A stretch of 31,514 bases of DNA from a virus. Lineage: Duplodnaviria; Caudoviricetes. The notes beneath the pieces were generated by a model. It had not been told where the DNA came from. It was given only the letters and a program-made list of their open reading frames with translations, and made no database searches. Shown piece by piece: positions 8,086-16,892 of this stretch. The stretch is taken from the IMG/VR virus record IMGVR_UViG_3300040971_000031, positions 1 to 31,514 of that record; one strand, written 5' to 3'. Numbering within the stretch: position 1 is the first letter of the stretch; each line of letters starts with the position of its first letter. A program made the translations under genes and the position numbers.

Positions 8086-9593
8086 AACCCTATCTGCGCA
8101 GCCGCCGCCCTGCCCTTGGGCGCACTCCCCGCCGCGACGGCGCTTCCGTCCAGGGCCACCTTTCCACCTGGGTCGAGTCCATTGTCTCGCAGACCATGGC
8201 CGAGACCGCCAAGCTCAAGTCCAGCAACCGAGCCCTTGACCTGTACGTCAACGACGCCATGGGCCACGGACTTCTCGAATCCCTCATCGTCGAAACGGTC
8301 GGAATCGGCCTGACCCCGCAGTTTGCTCCGGACCACGAAGCCCTTGGCCTTGATGCCACATGGGCCGACGAGTTTGGCGCGCAGCTCGGGCGCATCTGGA
8401 ACAACTGGGGCCTCGACTGCCGCAAATGGTGCGACGCCCAGCGCCGCCTTGACATCTACGGACTGCAGCAACTCGCCTACTTTTCCTGGCGTCTGGACGG
8501 CATTGGCCTGTTCCAGATCCGGAGCAAGGCCGGACGCCGCCCGTCCCCGTTGGCAGTGCTGCCTCTTGACCCTGCCCGCCTGGTCACGCCGTCCGGCGCT
8601 TCGGACCTGCCGATTTATGACGGCGTCGAGGTGGACGATGACGGCATGCCCGTCAAGGTGTGGCTAGCCAAGCCATCGGCAATCAAGCGCCTCGGCACTT
8701 CCTATTCAAAATCCGAATGCACCGCCTACGACGTTTGGGACGAAGCTACGGGCCTGCCCAAGATCCTCATGGTCACCGGCGTGCGCAATATCGCCGAGTA
8801 TCGGCAGGACTCCATCATGGGTCCGATGATCGAGGAACTCCGGAACAACCGCGATTTCGTCGGGGCAGCCCTGGTCCGAGCCATGCTCTCCAACCTGTTC
8901 GTGGCGTTCGTTGAAAACGCAGGGGCCAGAGGCGACCTGGACTGGTCGGAGCGCGTGGTCGAACTGGAAAAGGGCACGATCCTCCAGGGCAACAAGCAGG
9001 AGGTCCCGCACTTTTTCAAGCAGGAAGCGCAGCCCCAGGGCTACCGCGAGATGTTTGACAGCATCGTGGACCGCCTCGGCATGTGCACCTCTCGCGGCTC
9101 CGAGAACGTCAGCCGTAAATACCAGGCCAGCTACAGCGCGTCCAAGGCATCCATGGTCAAGGCCCAACAGGTCAACTCCGTGGAGCACATGACGCTCAAC
9201 TCAAATTTCAATCAGCCCATCCTCATGTGGCTGGTCTACGAGCGGGCCATGGCTGGTGCGCTGTCCGTTCCGTCCACGCAGACGCTTTTCAAGGACCTCA
9301 ACGAATTGTCTCGCGCCGACTGGATGCCGCAGCCGATGCCAGAGATCGACCGAGCCAAGAAGGCGAACGCGATCCAGACCGAGCTTGAAACTCACCAGAC
9401 CACCTATGCCGAAGTCTACGCCGAGAAGAGCGCCGACTGGCGCAAGAAGCTCCGGCAGCGGGCCAAGGAAAAAGCGTACATCAAGCAGCTCGAATCCGAG
9501 TTTGAAATCAGCATGGAGCCAGGGGCCGCAGAGCCGATGCAAGCCCCGGCAAACCAGCCCGACGACGAAGGGTCGGACCAGGAAGCACAATGA
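8082..9593 (+). CDS. portal protein, lambda family
   Basis: VGIGLTPQ, CDAQRRLDIYGLQQLA, DGVEVDDDGMP, SYSASKAS motifs; 503 aa. Confidence 0.93.
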   Translation: MKPYLRSRRPALGRTPRRDGASVQGHLSTWVESIVSQTMAETAKLKSSNRALDLYVNDAMGHGLLESLIVETVGIGLTPQFAPDHEALGLDATWADEFGAQLGRIWNNWGLDCRKWCDAQRRLDIYGLQQLAYFSWRLDGIGLFQIRSKAGRRPSPLAVLPLDPARLVTPSGASDLPIYDGVEVDDDGMPVKVWLAKPSAIKRLGTSYSKSECTAYDVWDEATGLPKILMVTGVRNIAEYRQDSIMGPMIEELRNNRDFVGAALVRAMLSNLFVAFVENAGARGDLDWSERVVELEKGTILQGNKQEVPHFFKQEAQPQGYREMFDSIVDRLGMCTSRGSENVSRKYQASYSASKASMVKAQQVNSVEHMTLNSNFNQPILMWLVYERAMAGALSVPSTQTLFKDLNELSRADWMPQPMPEIDRAKKANAIQTELETHQTTYAEVYAEKSADWRKKLRQRAKEKAYIKQLESEFEISMEPGAAEPMQAPANQPDDEGSDQEAQ

Positions 9594-10915
9594 AAAAGAG
9601 AGTCACCAACGCGCTGGCGACGCGCATCTGGGCGCTGACCCCTGCCAAGCTGGACGAGGTGTCGGCGTTTGTCGAGACCCTGTTGCAGGGAGGCCAGAGT
9701 AACTGGGAGGCCGCGTCTTCGCCTGCAGGTCCATCGTCCACAATGTACCAAGTGATGTCCGGCGGCGTGGCGATGATCCGCGTCGAAGGCGTCATCGAGC
9801 GCCGTGCAAACATGGTCGCCAACTTTTCTGGCGGCATGTCCACGCAGATGCTCGCCCAGTCAATCGTTGACGCCGCCTCTGACGAAGATGTCACCGCCAT
9901 CGTGCTCGACATTGACAGCCCCGGCGGCTCCGCTCTGGCCCCTGCCGAAGTTGCGGACGCGATCATGCAGGCCCGCGAGTCCGTGCCGGTTGTCGCCTGG
10001 ACGGGCGGACAGATGTGTAGCGCAGCCTATTGGATCGGCGCAGCCTGTGACGCCGTCGTGGCCATGGACACGTCCGTGGTCGGCTCCATCGGCGTCGCCG
10101 CCGTGCACTATGACCGCAGCGCCGCTGACGCAAAGGACGGAGTGACCCGCACGGTCATGTCCGCCGGGAAGTATAAGCGCATCGCCTCGGATGAAAAGCC
10201 CCTCTCCGACGAGGGCCGCGAATACCTGCAGGCCCAGATCGACCTCTACTACACAAAGTTCGTTGACGCCGTTGCCGCTGGGCGCGGTGTCGAAACCTCC
10301 GTCGTGCTGGAGCGCATGGCGGACGGTCGCGTGTTTATCGGCTCCGAGGCCAAGGAAGCAGGCCTCGTTGACCATATCGGTAATTTTGAACTGGCCCTGG
10401 ATGTCGCCAGGGAATGGAGAAGCACCATGAGCAAAGACAAAGGCGCGCAGGCGCCGACGCAGCTCGCTGGCGTGACCCTGGAGATTTTGACCCAGGAGCG
10501 CCCGGATCTGCTGGCAGAGGCAACGGCCGGCATGATTGCCGCGGCCGGAATTGAAAGCGCAGTCGCGACTGCCGTAACCGCCGAGCGGTCCCGTATCGTC
10601 GAGATCCTCGAAGCCGAGGGCGACCAGGCTGTGACCATGTCCGCCATCAAAGACGGCACGCCGAGCGCCGACGTCTTCAAGGCTTTTTTCCAGGCCGAGA
10701 AGGGGCGCAAGGCCGAGGCCCACGCCAAGCTGCTGGAAGGCCTTGGCGAGACAGCCGGGGCAAATGGCAAGCAGAAGGCCGAGGACGTCCAGACTTTCGA
10801 GACCGTCGTTGCCGGACTGATGGCCGAAGGAAAGACCCGTGGCGCGGCCACCGCCGAAGCCGCAAACAAATATCCCGAACTGCACGCCGACTACGTCGCG
10901 CGCCAGCAGAAGTAG
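9590..10915 (+). CDS. prohead protease, peptidase S49 (gpC-like) with C-terminal scaffold
   Basis: LDIDSPGGS, CSAAYWIG, GSIGV, AGKYK, GLVD motifs. Confidence 0.93.
   Translation: MKKRVTNALATRIWALTPAKLDEVSAFVETLLQGGQSNWEAASSPAGPSSTMYQVMSGGVAMIRVEGVIERRANMVANFSGGMSTQMLAQSIVDAASDEDVTAIVLDIDSPGGSALAPAEVADAIMQARESVPVVAWTGGQMCSAAYWIGAACDAVVAMDTSVVGSIGVAAVHYDRSAADAKDGVTRTVMSAGKYKRIASDEKPLSDEGREYLQAQIDLYYTKFVDAVAAGRGVETSVVLERMADGRVFIGSEAKEAGLVDHIGNFELALDVAREWRSTMSKDKGAQAPTQLAGVTLEILTQERPDLLAEATAGMIAAAGIESAVATAVTAERSRIVEILEAEGDQAVTMSAIKDGTPSADVFKAFFQAEKGRKAEAHAKLLEGLGETAGANGKQKAEDVQTFETVVAGLMAEGKTRGAATAEAANKYPELHADYVARQQK
10427..10915 (+). CDS. nested scaffolding protein (Nu3-like internal start)
   Basis: GGAG at 10416-10419 before the in-frame ATG (MSKDKGAQ...); Ala/Glu-rich helical sequence; same arrangement as lambda C/Nu3. 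Confidence 0.65.
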   Translation: MSKDKGAQAPTQLAGVTLEILTQERPDLLAEATAGMIAAAGIESAVATAVTAERSRIVEILEAEGDQAVTMSAIKDGTPSADVFKAFFQAEKGRKAEAHAKLLEGLGETAGANGKQKAEDVQTFETVVAGLMAEGKTRGAATAEAANKYPELHADYVARQQK

Positions 10916-10924
10916 AGGTGAATC

Positions 10925-11314
10925 ATGCAGTACAATCCCGGAGTTAAGGCGTTTGAGGCTGGCGGCGCTGTCCCGGCCCACACCCTGGTCAAGCTGTCCA
11001 GTGGCAAGGTGGTCGTCAGCACCGCGACATCCACCGACATCCCCATCGGCGTTGCCCTTTATGCCGCTGCCGAAGGTGAGTTGGTCGCAGTCCAGATGCT
11101 CAATGTTGGCGGGACAGTAGAAGTCGTTGCCGCTGGAGCGCTGGCGCAAGGCGCTATCGCCTACGCAGCCGCAGACGGCGAAGTGTCCGCAGTACCCGTC
11201 GCCAATGGCACCTACCGCAAGATCGGAGTTGCCATGGAAGCGGCCACGGCCGACCAGGATGTCATCGAGATCCTGCCCTACGGGTTCGACAACACCACCA
11301 CCGTGTCCGGCTAG
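10925..11314 (+). CDS. capsid decoration/cement protein (DUF2190-like)
   Basis: PIGVA..AAAEGELVAV...IGVAMEAATADQDVIE; immediately upstream of the capsid gene. Confidence 0.8.
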   Translation: MQYNPGVKAFEAGGAVPAHTLVKLSSGKVVVSTATSTDIPIGVALYAAAEGELVAVQMLNVGGTVEVVAAGALAQGAIAYAAADGEVSAVPVANGTYRKIGVAMEAATADQDVIEILPYGFDNTTTVSG

Positions 11315-11360
11315 CGGCCACTGGTAGCGCAACAATCAAGAATATCTGAGGAGATAGACA

Positions 11361-12326
11361 ATGACTAGACCCACCAGCGCAACCACTGTGAGCCGCCCCG
11401 ATCTGGCGGCCGTGGTCTATGAGTACGCACTGGAAGAGAGCCAGTCCCGGTTTATCGGGACGCAGGTGCTTCCCATCTTTGAAACCGCCGAGCAGTCCGG
11501 CGAGTACCCGAGCATCCCCATTGAGGCCATGCTCAAAATGCCCGACACCAAGCGCGCCCCGCGCGGCAAGTACAACCGTGGCGACTGGAACTTCGAAATG
11601 AAGAACTTCAGTTGCAAGGAGAACGGGTGGGAAGAGCCGCTGGATGACAGCGAACTCAAGCTCTACCGCCGTTTTTTTGATGCCGAGGCCGTGGCCACCC
11701 GCCGCGCCGTTGACATCATCCTGCGTGCCCAGGAGTTGCGCATCAAGAACATGCTGTTCAACACCGGCAATTTCTCCGCGCACGGCGTCACCAACGAGTG
11801 GGACGACTACTCCAACGCCACCCCCCTGACCGACATTGCAACCGGCGCCAAGGCCCTGCGCAATGCCACTGGCCTCAATCCGAACTGCCTGGTTATTGGC
11901 CGGTCCGTGTTCGACAACCTCTGTCTGTGTGCGCAGATCGCCAGCAAGGCCCAGTATACCACGCCCATCGAACTGATGCCCTTCGAGCAGAAGAAGCTCG
12001 TGATCGCCACGGCGCTCGGTATCGAAAAGCTCTTGGTCGGCGACGCCGTCTATGACGGGGCCAAAAAGGGACAGGCTTTTTCCGCCACCGACATCTGGGG
12101 CACCGAGTACGGCCTGCTCTGCCGGGTCGCCACCAGCATGGAAGAACTCCGTGAGCCCTGCTTGGGCCGCACGTTCCTTTGGAGCGAGGACAGCGACACC
12201 CCGCTGACCGTCGAGCAGTACCGCGACGAAACGACCCGCAGCGAAGTGTACCGGGCTCGCCAGTACACCGCCGAGCAGTTCGTCTTCACCGGAGCGGGCT
12301 ACCTGCTCAGCAATCTGACCACCTAA
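11361..12326 (+). CDS. major capsid protein (HK97 fold, gpE-like)
   Basis: FIGTQVLP, RAPRG, WDDYSNATPLTDI, PNCLVIG, GAGYLLSN; strong RBS GAGGAG. Confidence 0.9.
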   Translation: MTRPTSATTVSRPDLAAVVYEYALEESQSRFIGTQVLPIFETAEQSGEYPSIPIEAMLKMPDTKRAPRGKYNRGDWNFEMKNFSCKENGWEEPLDDSELKLYRRFFDAEAVATRRAVDIILRAQELRIKNMLFNTGNFSAHGVTNEWDDYSNATPLTDIATGAKALRNATGLNPNCLVIGRSVFDNLCLCAQIASKAQYTTPIELMPFEQKKLVIATALGIEKLLVGDAVYDGAKKGQAFSATDIWGTEYGLLCRVATSMEELREPCLGRTFLWSEDSDTPLTVEQYRDETTRSEVYRARQYTAEQFVFTGAGYLLSNLTT

Positions 12327-12346
12327 CCCGCAACCCCCTTGCGATA

Positions 12347-12381
12347 GACCCCGGCCAGTTTCCTCCTGGCTGGCCGGGGTC
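12347..12381 (+). terminator. 12-bp GC-rich hairpin after the capsid gene (no U-tract)
   Basis: GACCCCGGCCAG / CTGGCCGGGGTC perfect stem. Confidence 0.55.
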
Positions 12382-12397
12382 ACCTTAAAGGAGCATC

Positions 12398-12619
12398 ATG
12401 GCAGATTTCGCGGATCGGGCATCCCATGCAAGCGAGGGCCTCCTCGCAGACGCACTCGCAAAGAGAGCGAGGGAAAGGATGTCAGCTCCAGCCGAATCGG
12501 CACATGAGTGTGAAGAGTGCGGGGACGAGATCCCCGAGGCGAGACGCAAAGCAGTGCCGGGGTGCACGCGGTGCATAGAGTGTCAGATAATCTACGATAG
12601 GAGCCATCCATGGGCATAG
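12398..12619 (+). CDS. TraR/DksA family C4 zinc-finger protein
   Basis: N-terminal DFADRA (DxxDxA) and CEECGDEIPEARRKAVPGCTRCIECQ. Confidence 0.92.
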   Translation: MADFADRASHASEGLLADALAKRARERMSAPAESAHECEECGDEIPEARRKAVPGCTRCIECQIIYDRSHPWA

Positions 12620-12912
12620 TAGCAACCAAGGCCATCAGCGCCGAAAATCAATGGTCGGACGTGTTTGAGCTCCAGGGTGACTCCGGACATATCCCGAGCC
12701 GCCGCGCTCTCGTCAACGCAACCCGCGACGACAGTACCGTAACCCTGCGTCGCTACGCAGCCGCGACCGACGCCGTCGACGCCTACCTGTCGAGCCTCGA
12801 CCTGGACAGCACGATGAGCGCCGTCGAGATCCCTGTCGGCGGGCTCTACCGCGTCGGTGTCGCCACCGGCAACTACGGCGGCACGGCCCTGACGATCACC
12901 GTGGAGCAATAG
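12610..12912 (+). CDS. hypothetical beta-rich virion protein, possible capsid spike base
   Basis: 100 aa; ENQWSD...VTLRR...LYRVGVATGNYGG..LTITVEQ; the function is inferred. Confidence 0.6.
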   Translation: MGIVATKAISAENQWSDVFELQGDSGHIPSRRALVNATRDDSTVTLRRYAAATDAVDAYLSSLDLDSTMSAVEIPVGGLYRVGVATGNYGGTALTITVEQ

Positions 12913-12913
12913 C

Positions 12914-13372
12914 ATGGCATCGGCTGCACATTCGGTTGCGCGGGCTTGTGCGCGAGCTGCTGGCCGGGCGGTCAATGCAGGTTTTGGCGCTGGCTGGCCC
13001 TCCGGCCTCCTCAAGCTCTACCGCTCCACCGACGGGCTGAAAGCCGCTCTCGGCTCTATCGCGTGGAGCGTCACACCGACGATCGCCGCTGACGGCGTAG
13101 CTGCTGGCAATGGGCCAGACATGGGCAGCGTCAACAGGGCGAGTCGGAAGGTGTGTGTGGTGCGGTTTAAGGCGACGAAAGCCTCTGATGGCGTCACCGG
13201 TGACGAGCAGGTCTTTGGGCCGCTCTACCTGCGCAATGGCAACCTGGTCGGCAAGCTGGACGGCGCAGAAGGTGTGATGGCCCACACTTGGGCAATCGGT
13301 GACGAGATAGCGGCAGTGGTTGAGATGACGCCGAGCGGGGTGAGTGTGCAGTTAGTGGGAGGGTTGGAGTAA
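12914..13372 (+). CDS. hypothetical virion protein, possible capsid spike fibre with partial LamG-like domain
   Basis: N-terminal 4-residue repeats AHSV-ARAC-ARAA-GRAV followed by a beta-rich domain. Confidence 0.6.
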   Translation: MASAAHSVARACARAAGRAVNAGFGAGWPSGLLKLYRSTDGLKAALGSIAWSVTPTIAADGVAAGNGPDMGSVNRASRKVCVVRFKATKASDGVTGDEQVFGPLYLRNGNLVGKLDGAEGVMAHTWAIGDEIAAVVEMTPSGVSVQLVGGLE

Positions 13373-15528
13373 TGGCCGAGATAACTACTGCTGCGGCTGG
13401 CAACTGGTCGGCAACGGGCACTTGGACGGGCGGTGTTGTTCCCGGCGTTGGCGACGCGGCCACAATTAACCATGCCGTGACTGTAGACGTTGACACAACC
13501 GTGGGCACTGACGGGGTTGCGGGGACGGCGGCGATAACCGTAAAAACTGGCAAGGCGCTCGTTATAAATGCAAATCTCCGATGTAGGGGCGACCTATTAC
13601 AAGAGCGCGGCAGCACTGTTACGCTCAACGGACCAAACACGCTGTATTTAGACTCGGCCAGTGCAGGAGTTAGCTACCGTTGGACGTGTAACGGTACTGG
13701 GGCAGGCGTTCCCAGGTTTGAAATTAAGGCAGTCGGAGGCCAGCGCGGAACGGTGGAAGGTGAAGGCGGGCGCGGTGGAGATTTTGGGAGGATCGCCCCG
13801 GTTGGCGGCGTTGGTTATTGGTCGGCAATCGATTGGGACGGTGCAATTCTGCGCAATCTTGGCAGCGCATCAGTGACGGGTGTAAATTTTTACATGCATG
13901 ACGCAACATCTTCCGTCAGCATAAAAAAGACACTCGTTGCGGGATGTGGGCAAGTTTATCTCCAAATTAACGACGGTGCCCCTAATTTCATCATAGACGC
14001 AATAGATTTTAGAAGCTGCCTCGCTCCGCTGGCCCTGTATGTGATGGGGAACCAGGACAAGACAACTGGCGTTCGCAAATTAAGCAATGTCACGGTGTAT
14101 AGTGATGGTTCGCGTAGGGACATACAAAATGCGATGCGCGACTTAGAGTATGAAAATATTATTCTGCATAACGGCGGGTTTGTAAATTCTGCAAGCACGT
14201 TGAGGAACAGATTTGCAAAACTTTTTGTTTCTAAAACATACCAACCCACGTGTCTGCAAGTTTTTGGGAAAACCGGCAATATAATTGAAGACGCTATTTT
14301 TACCTCTGACGTTGTTAATTCGCATACAATCACAGACAATAATAGCGATAATGGGCAAGCTGACAACATAGTGCGGCGATGCGTAGCTGACGCATGGAAT
14401 AACGCATCTGGCGATTGGGGAGAGTTTATCGCAAATGCCTACAGTCGCTTTGATGTATATGAAAATATCATCATAAACAGGGGTATTAATCTCTATTCAA
14501 TCGCCTCAACAACGGGTACATGCAGATTTTTTAAGAATACATGCTATAACTGCAACGGGATGAACATAGGCGAGACTGTTGCAAACGCCAATGCCCTGGA
14601 GAAATATTCCTCCAACTTGATGGTCAAGATGCCAAATGGCATGGCGCAGTTGTCTGCTTTTACGTCCCTTGCAAACGCCTCATACATAGATCACAACGCT
14701 TTTTGGGACATGGAGACAGATACAAACCTCGCTCACCCCACGATTGCTGGCAGCCCTCGATCATACATGGGGGCAGAGTCGATGGATGGATGGTTTATTG
14801 ACGATCTTGGCTTTAATGGTACTGCTGGACGTGGCGCTAGTGATGTTTACGCGAACCCCAACTTTGTAGACCCGACCCGCACTGTCAAGACTTGGGCGCA
14901 GCAATATGATAGCGGGATAGTTACAATTCAAGACGTTGGTCGGCTAATGGTCCAGTTTAACGGCTACGACTACAGCGGAATAGCAGTGACGCCAGTCGAA
15001 GGGGCTACGGTTACAAATTGCCTGGAGTGGTTACGTGCGGGTTTCGCGCCCACAAACTCGGCGCTGGTGGGGGCTGGCGAGGGCGGCGTGACTATCGGCG
15101 CGGTCGAGTACGTTTCCGCAGACGAAACTGCCCCCGTCCTCACCTCCCCGTCAGCAACGGCCACAGGCCCAACAACCGCCACGGCAAGCGTAAGCACCGA
15201 TGACGGCAACGGCACGCTCTATTTCCTCGCGTCCACCAACGCCACGGAGTCCGCAGCGACGGTAAAGGCCGCTCTCTCGCAAAGTGTCACGGCAGTCGGT
15301 GAACAGAGTATCGGCCTGTCCGCGCTGGACCCTGTGACGACCTACTATGTGCATTTTGTGCAGATCAATGGGGCAAGCCTTGAATCTGAAGTGGTGAGTT
15401 TTGGACCTTGGAGTACGCCAGACATCTCCATCCCATTGGCATTCTCTGACACCGCCCCGGCTACGCTACTGACTGTACAGGTGTGGAGCAAGGTGCCGAA
15501 GAAAGCCGATGTTGAGGGGCTGTACTGA
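13372..15528 (+). CDS. 718-aa protein: G8-like N-terminus, parallel beta-helix core, FN3/Ig-like C-terminus (putative depolymerase or adhesin)
   Basis: GNWSATGTWTGGVVP..GD start; Asn-rich beta-helix repeats (ENIIIN, KNTCYNC, IDHNAFW, ANPNFVD, IGAVEY); DETAPVLTSP module; low-GC core. Confidence 0.75.
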   Translation: MAEITTAAAGNWSATGTWTGGVVPGVGDAATINHAVTVDVDTTVGTDGVAGTAAITVKTGKALVINANLRCRGDLLQERGSTVTLNGPNTLYLDSASAGVSYRWTCNGTGAGVPRFEIKAVGGQRGTVEGEGGRGGDFGRIAPVGGVGYWSAIDWDGAILRNLGSASVTGVNFYMHDATSSVSIKKTLVAGCGQVYLQINDGAPNFIIDAIDFRSCLAPLALYVMGNQDKTTGVRKLSNVTVYSDGSRRDIQNAMRDLEYENIILHNGGFVNSASTLRNRFAKLFVSKTYQPTCLQVFGKTGNIIEDAIFTSDVVNSHTITDNNSDNGQADNIVRRCVADAWNNASGDWGEFIANAYSRFDVYENIIINRGINLYSIASTTGTCRFFKNTCYNCNGMNIGETVANANALEKYSSNLMVKMPNGMAQLSAFTSLANASYIDHNAFWDMETDTNLAHPTIAGSPRSYMGAESMDGWFIDDLGFNGTAGRGASDVYANPNFVDPTRTVKTWAQQYDSGIVTIQDVGRLMVQFNGYDYSGIAVTPVEGATVTNCLEWLRAGFAPTNSALVGAGEGGVTIGAVEYVSADETAPVLTSPSATATGPTTATASVSTDDGNGTLYFLASTNATESAATVKAALSQSVTAVGEQSIGLSALDPVTTYYVHFVQINGASLESEVVSFGPWSTPDISIPLAFSDTAPATLLTVQVWSKVPKKADVEGLY

Positions 15529-15686
15529 TGGGCTTCTGGCAACCGTGGCTCAAGCCGCATCAGACGTACCTGATTTGGCTACTCCTTGAGGGGCGAGAAG
15601 TGCCAGATAGGTACGAGAAGACTAGGGAAGAGTTGCGCGAGTGGTTTGAGGCAGAAGTAAAAGCGAACGCAGGCAAGTCGGAGTGA
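15528..15686 (+). CDS. small hypothetical protein (52 aa)
   Basis: MGFWQPWLKPHQTYLIWLLLEGREVPDRYEK...; TGATG coupling; not in the ORF track. Confidence 0.55.
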   Translation: MGFWQPWLKPHQTYLIWLLLEGREVPDRYEKTREELREWFEAEVKANAGKSE

Positions 15687-15689
15687 CGC

Positions 15690-16016
15690 ATGAATTTAAG
15701 CGGCCTTGAACAAACGCTAATCGGCGTCCTGACCGGCGGTGGTGGCGCTTGCATCGGATACGTCATCGGGATGCGCGGAAAGATGACAATGGCAGACTGC
15801 CAGCGTTACCAGGGCGCATGCACTGAGCGCGTGCAAGCAAAGATAGACGCCGTGGCCGCTAAATATGCCGAGCTGTGCGCGAGACAGGACCGCGTTGACG
15901 CAAACATAGATGCAAAACTCGACATCCTTTTTCGAATGGTCCGGGCCATAGTCATGCACTTGCCGATTGATGAGCGCACAAAGTCAGAGATCATCAACGA
16001 GAGGGCCGGGAAATGA
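15690..16016 (+). CDS. membrane-anchored coiled-coil protein, possibly lysis-associated
   Basis: N-terminal Gly-rich hydrophobic segment then heptad-like region; directly before the endolysin-like gene. Confidence 0.6.
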   Translation: MNLSGLEQTLIGVLTGGGGACIGYVIGMRGKMTMADCQRYQGACTERVQAKIDAVAAKYAELCARQDRVDANIDAKLDILFRMVRAIVMHLPIDERTKSEIINERAGK

Positions 16017-16486
16017 AGCACACTCTCACCACCATCATCGACCCCGCACTGCGCCTACTCCCGCCCATGATGACCTCTGACCGCGCCAAGGCCATGCTCT
16101 TGGCTATCGGGATGCAGGAGTCGAGGCTCGTACATCGCAAACAGATCAACGGTCCCGCAATGGGACTCTGGCAGTTTGAGCGCGGAGGTGGCGTGGCTGG
16201 TGTGCTTCGGCATCCGGCGACGCAGGGTCACGCGGCGGCGGTATGCTGGCGGCTCGGCAACGCAGGGACCACGGCCAGCGTCTATCATGGTTTGCAGAGC
16301 GACGATGTGCTCGCCGCATGTTTCGCCCGATTGCTGCTTTGGACGCTCCCGGTTCCGCTGCCCGAGAGGGACGATGTAGTCGGTGCCTGGGACCAGTACA
16401 TCGCAGCGTGGCGACCTGGAAAACCGCACCGGCACACGTGGGATGAATTTTACAAGCAGGCTTGGGAGGTGGTGAGTGGGATTTGA
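16013..16486 (+). CDS. putative endolysin (lysozyme-like fold)
   Basis: AMLLAIGMQES (candidate catalytic Glu), GPAMGLWQFE, WRPGKP; adjacent to the holin. Confidence 0.7.
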   Translation: MKHTLTTIIDPALRLLPPMMTSDRAKAMLLAIGMQESRLVHRKQINGPAMGLWQFERGGGVAGVLRHPATQGHAAAVCWRLGNAGTTASVYHGLQSDDVLAACFARLLLWTLPVPLPERDDVVGAWDQYIAAWRPGKPHRHTWDEFYKQAWEVVSGI

Positions 16487-16892
16487 CATAACAGGCCTCG
16501 GCTCCGTCTTCGACTTCGGCTCCAAGCTCATCGACAAGCTCTGGCCCGACAAGTCCGAAGCGGAAAAGGCCAAGCTCAAACTTATCGAGTTGCAACAGGC
16601 CGGAGAGTTCAAGGAGCTTGACGCCAGGTTCGCGGCCATAGTCGCAGAGGCAAATAGCAATGACCCATGGACAAGTCGCGCTCGCCCCTCGTTTATGTAC
16701 GTGATGTACCTGATGATTTTGACTGCAATTCCAATGGGGTTCTTGTTTGCGTTTCGCCCGGATGTGGCCATGGCCGTCACTGCTGGGGTCAAGGGCTGGT
16801 TGCAGGCGATACCGGAAGAAATGTGGTGGCTGTTTGGGGCTGGCTATCTTGGGTACACCGGGAGCCGCACTTTCGAGAAGGTCAAGAAATGA
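16476..16892 (+). CDS. holin (GTA-type 3TM family)
   Basis: LIDKLWPD, EANSNDPWTSRARP, IPEEMWWLFGAGYLGYTGSRTFEK. Confidence 0.88.
   Translation: MGFDITGLGSVFDFGSKLIDKLWPDKSEAEKAKLKLIELQQAGEFKELDARFAAIVAEANSNDPWTSRARPSFMYVMYLMILTAIPMGFLFAFRPDVAMAVTAGVKGWLQAIPEEMWWLFGAGYLGYTGSRTFEKVKK

Noticed and set aside
9860-12383. 491-aa and 373-aa minus-strand ORFs
   Set aside because: Shadows of GC-rich protease, decoration and capsid genes
16667-16888. Longer 162-aa version of the PLA2-like ORF nested in the holin (Rz1-like)
   Set aside because: No signal peptide or lipobox in the extension; the ATGA-coupled start at 16889 fits better
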